This document shows, piece after piece, positions 59,915 to 64,000 of a stretch of 64,000 nt of DNA. The number at the start of each line of letters is the position of its first letter. Positions within the stretch are counted from its first letter, which is position 1. Below the pieces are notes generated by a model, which made no database searches, had not been told where the DNA came from, and saw only the letters and a list, made by a program, of their open reading frames with translations. The position numbers and the translations under genes are program-made. The stretch lies in the NCBI RefSeq assembly GCF_009914755.1, contig NC_060929.1. One strand, given 5' to 3'. The stretch is from the human T2T-CHM13v2.0 reference genome, Homo sapiens.

Positions 59915-61384
59915 GAAACTTCTTTCAGATAGTAGTTTGATATAAATAACAACCATATATTATTTTTCTCTCTGCTGTTGTTTCCCCAAAACAAGTTCAC
60001 TGATATGTAATCTGTAGTTATTAAAGAGCTAATGAAGAGTAACCACAGTTTCATCATTTTCCCTGTAGGAATTGACAGCAAATACCAAGTGTTTATTAAG
60101 CCTATGCTATCTTTAATTCTCACAAGAATCCTAAGAGTGAGGTAGGTATTATTCTCATTTACCGACACACAGAAAAATCAGTCTCCAATAAATCACATAA
60201 TTTGACTCATAGGCATCCTGGTGATACTTAACGTGTGTGTGTGTTTGTGCATTTGGCTTATGCCTGTTTCTTCCACTATCTGATAAACACTAAAATGAGT
60301 AGGCTTAGAGAATGATGAAAAAAATTAGTACTGCAGATCACTTCTTCTTATGCTTTTTTCTTGTAATTAACAATCCTGAAAGGGTAAAGATCCGTCTATA
60401 ATATTCTTTTTTTAAGACATTAGAATAGCTCCTGCCAAAATAAATGCTTAGAAATGCTTTTTAATGATAGTAATACACAGGATAGTCAAGATAAAACATT
60501 AACTTTATAAAAAATTTTTCATGTCTCGGATATTATATTTAAAAATATGAAAAAGCTAAAACGTTCTAAATTATCAGAGCTACAGACAATATGACTCAAA
60601 CTTTTCATTTTCATAAGCCTGTCTTCTTTTACCGTTTGTCTTCATTCTGTCTTGAAAAGTTATCATCTTATTAAAATCTGAAAATTATTGGTTTTCTTTG
60701 ACAAAGCGTAGTTCAAATATGTGTATAAACATAGTAGAGACCTCTATGGTAGCACCTATTCTGGGTCAGTTTAATCCTCCACCTTAAGAAAAAACAAATT
60801 TGGAAGACTCAGTAACTCACTCACTACTACCCTCATGTTCTGTAGCAAGAGGACACAGTTGTCTGTTGCTGCCCCCTGCTCTGCCTCCAATTAATCCACT
60901 ACTTCTTGGAGTTCATAACCGCACTCTTGTGGGTGCTATTCAAGAAACTGATACCATCCACCAGATAATGGAAAGCGATGCAGTTACCTATAGGGGTTGG
61001 GAATGTCACCTTCTTTCTTGTTCAACTCTTTCTGCTCTTCTTTGACTATATTGGCTCAAATTCTCAAGCTATTTCTCCTCTTTCATGGAGTGACTTACAA
61101 TCAGTCCCAAGCAGTCTTGTCTGTCTTGTCTGGTTTAGAAGTGTCTGCCTCATCAAATGATGAAGGGCTCATCAAAGTCTCAGCTTCCCTGAAATTATTC
61201 TTTACAAAGTCTCCTTTTTCATCTTGGAGTACAAATCAGCAATTGCCAGCACAGACACACCTCTCCAAAGGCTTAAGCTTGCTTTCTGATGTGCATGGAG
61301 GAAAAAAAGATATTGGCACCCTAAAGCAAACTATAAAAAAGAGAATTTAAAATAACTTTAAATAATAAAATTTTGAATCACATT

Positions 61385-61780
61385 AAAAGGAGGGAATAAT
61401 TCCAATCTCATTTTATGAGGCTAGCTAGCATCACCCTGATATCCAAGTTAGACAAAGATACCACAAAAAAGCAAACTCTAGGTCAATATCCCTAATGAAT
61501 ATAGATGCAAAACTCTCCAGCAAGATACTAGCACACTGAATTCAACATCACAATTAAAAGAACGTTCACCATGATCAACTAGGATTCATCTCATGTATTC
61601 AAGGATGCTTCAACATACTTAAGTTAATAAATATAATACATCACATTAACAGAATAAAGAACAAAACCATAATCATTTTAATAAATGCGGAAAACACATT
61701 TCAAAAAAATGCAACATCCTTTCATGATTAAAAAAAAACACTCAACAAATTAGGTATAGTTGAAATGTATTCAACACAGC
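61385..61780 (+). mobile_element. Old L1 ORF2 (RT N-terminal) fragment
   Basis: tcattttatgaggc...caatatccctaatgaatatagatgcaaaa...caccatgatcaa corresponds to SFYEA...ISLMNIDAK...HHDQ. Confidence 0.85.
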
Positions 61781-61789
61781 AACTCTGCT

Positions 61790-63450
61790 GGGGCCAGTAT
61801 TGGTTGCCAATATTCTTGTTTTTCCCCTCTTCAACATTCTGAATATTTTACTCCACTCTCTCCTGGCTTATAGGATTTCTACTGTCTGCTGTGACTCATA
61901 TTGAAACTGCTTTATGTATTATTGGCTCCTTTTCTCTTGCCGCTTCCAGGATTCTTTATTTGTCTTTGATTTTTGACACTTGATTATAATATATCCTGGG
62001 GTAATCTTATTTGTACTGAAGACCTTTGGGCTTCCTATACCTGGATATTTACATTTTTCTCCAGGTTTGGAAAGGTTTTCAGCCATTATTTCTTTAAATA
62101 CACTTCATATCTGTTTATCTTTCTCTTCTCCTTTAACTCCTATGACTTAAAAGTTTTCTTTTTTGATACTGCCTCATAAATCCTGTAAGCTATCTTCATC
62201 TATTTTCTTTCATTTTTCTTTTTCTCTGACATTACATTTTTTAATAGTCTGCATTCAAGTTTACAAATTTTTTCTCTGCTTGATCAGTTCTGTTGTTGAT
62301 TTTCTCCATTGCATGTTTCATTTAGTTTACTGAATTTTTCAGCCCTATGATTTCTATTATTATTATTATTAATATTATTATTATTGTTCCCATCTCTATA
62401 TTACATTTTTATCTTGGTTATTTATTGCTTTCCTCATTTCATTGAATTGCTTGTATTCTGTTGAAGTTTGCTGAGCTTTTTAATAATAATTATTTAAAAT
62501 TCCTTGCAAAGAGTTAATACATCTCGATTTCCTTGGGTCAATCACTGGCACCTTACTTTTTTTATTTAATGATGTCATTTTTCCCTGATTATTCTTTATC
62601 TTTTTGGTTATGCATCAGTGTCTGTGCATTTGAAGAAATAGGTTCTTATTCTAGTCTTTGCAGACTGGCGTTGTCTGGAAAAACTCTGCAGCAGATGCGG
62701 CAGTAGGGCATATCAGAATCCTGAGGCAGCTGCAGGTGGTATAGCACTGCCAGACGTCTAGGGTTCACTACAGCAAGTGCTGTGCTGTGACAGGCCAGAA
62801 GCTTTGGGCTGGTGTAGACAGTGCTGTTATGGGGCATCCCTAAAACTCAGGCAGCAGTGGCTTCTATGGTCCTGCCAGAAGCCTGGGGCAGATATGGCCA
62901 CCCCAGGACTGGGGCACATCCGGATCCAGAGACCACTAAGGCCTGCCTGCTGCTGAGGGCTATCTGGAGGCTGGGGGCACTGATGTCAGCCTGGTTGTGG
63001 TTTGGGCTAAAGATAGGGTTTGCCATGTAAGTCTCAACTGTGTGGTCCTGCCCTATGCCAGGACAGGTCTAGAGACTTAGTCCACATGTAGCAGCTTGGA
63101 AGACGGAGCCATGAGGGTCTTCCTAGTGCTGAGTTTTACTATGGCGGGCCCAGTGTTGGATTCCAGGGCAAAGTCCTGTGCCTACTTCCCTCACTTTTCC
63201 CCAGTTGGACAGTTTCTCTACACTGTGCTGCCTGAGGTTCAAGGAAAAGTTACACGAGTAATGTAAAACTTTCCTTCCAACCATCTTCAAGGAATCTTTG
63301 CTATTATTGTGCTGAAACCATGTACTATCATCCCTCAGCTAGTCTGATTATCTCTTGTAAAGGTATTTTTGTGTATGAATAGTTTTTCAGATTGATGTTC
63401 CTGTTGGGGGGTGTTCACTGGCGAGTCCTGGTTCAACATCTTCCTCTGCC
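61790..63450 (-). mobile_element. Old L1M ORF1 and 5'UTR fragment
   Basis: Antisense ORF1 motifs ccactctctcctggcttataggatttct and ttttctcttgccgcttccaggattc; GC-richer 5'UTR at 62660-63450. Confidence 0.75.
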
Positions 63451-64000
63451 TCTTTCCTCTAAAGGCCTTAATCTCAATGATCCCTCACTAATGCCACACA
63501 AGGGAAAGTTCAAATTTCCTGGTACACATTTTTTTCTGTAATTTCAATTTCATCCTGAATTTGCCTTTACATCCTTTTTAAAAACTAAGTTCTGTTCTAT
63601 GTATAAATAGTTTTCTCCATCAAGAATAATGAGTAAAATAGTTGTGGATCAATTCAGGGACAGGATCAAATCTGTGGGCTCACTGATGTTTAGATTAATC
63701 ATTTTGATTGTACTCTCCAAGCATCAGTGTGGAAATCAACTTCACCCATAAAGTGTTAAGGACTCAACGAAATGTTTATAAATCACAAGGCATAGTGCTT
63801 GGAGTAGAATAGGCACCCAATAAATGCCAAATCATTATTATATCATCAACAAGATAATCAAAATACTATTCTCAATCCACTCCTGTGAATTCTGTGTGTA
63901 ATCTTTTGTTTTAAGCATTATTTTGAAAATTTGAATGGATGTAGTAAGTTAAAAGATTTGGCAATGATTTATTTAGCTGAGTTTAATTATTGAGCAACAT

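Overview
Human non-coding genomic DNA; an AluYb8, a human-specific subfamily, sits at ~36,966-37,239. I found no host protein-coding gene, RNA gene or processed pseudogene that I can support, and I cannot name the locus. The window is dominated by transposable elements: a near full-length but frameshifted L1PA3-like LINE-1 on the minus strand (~26,028-32,081) with an open antisense ORF0, about ten Alus, five MaLR LTR loci (one nested THE1-in-MST), an ERV1-class solo LTR carrying an AluY, old L1/L2/MIR/DNA-transposon relics, and an ~800 bp 19/27-mer VNTR. Nearly all non-L1 ORFs in the track are repeat or chance artefacts. I see no evidence of a new biological system. The best signals are repair or retrotransposition scars: an 87 bp locally templated L1 copy inside a MaLR LTR, a ~120 bp foreign insert in an MST internal region, a young AluYb8 with an implausibly diverged TSD, a 20 bp duplication that reframes ORF0, and a template-switch hairpin in the L1 antisense promoter. 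Subfamily calls were made by eye from remembered consensus sequences and need RepeatMasker/Dfam confirmation; boundaries of old elements are approximate.
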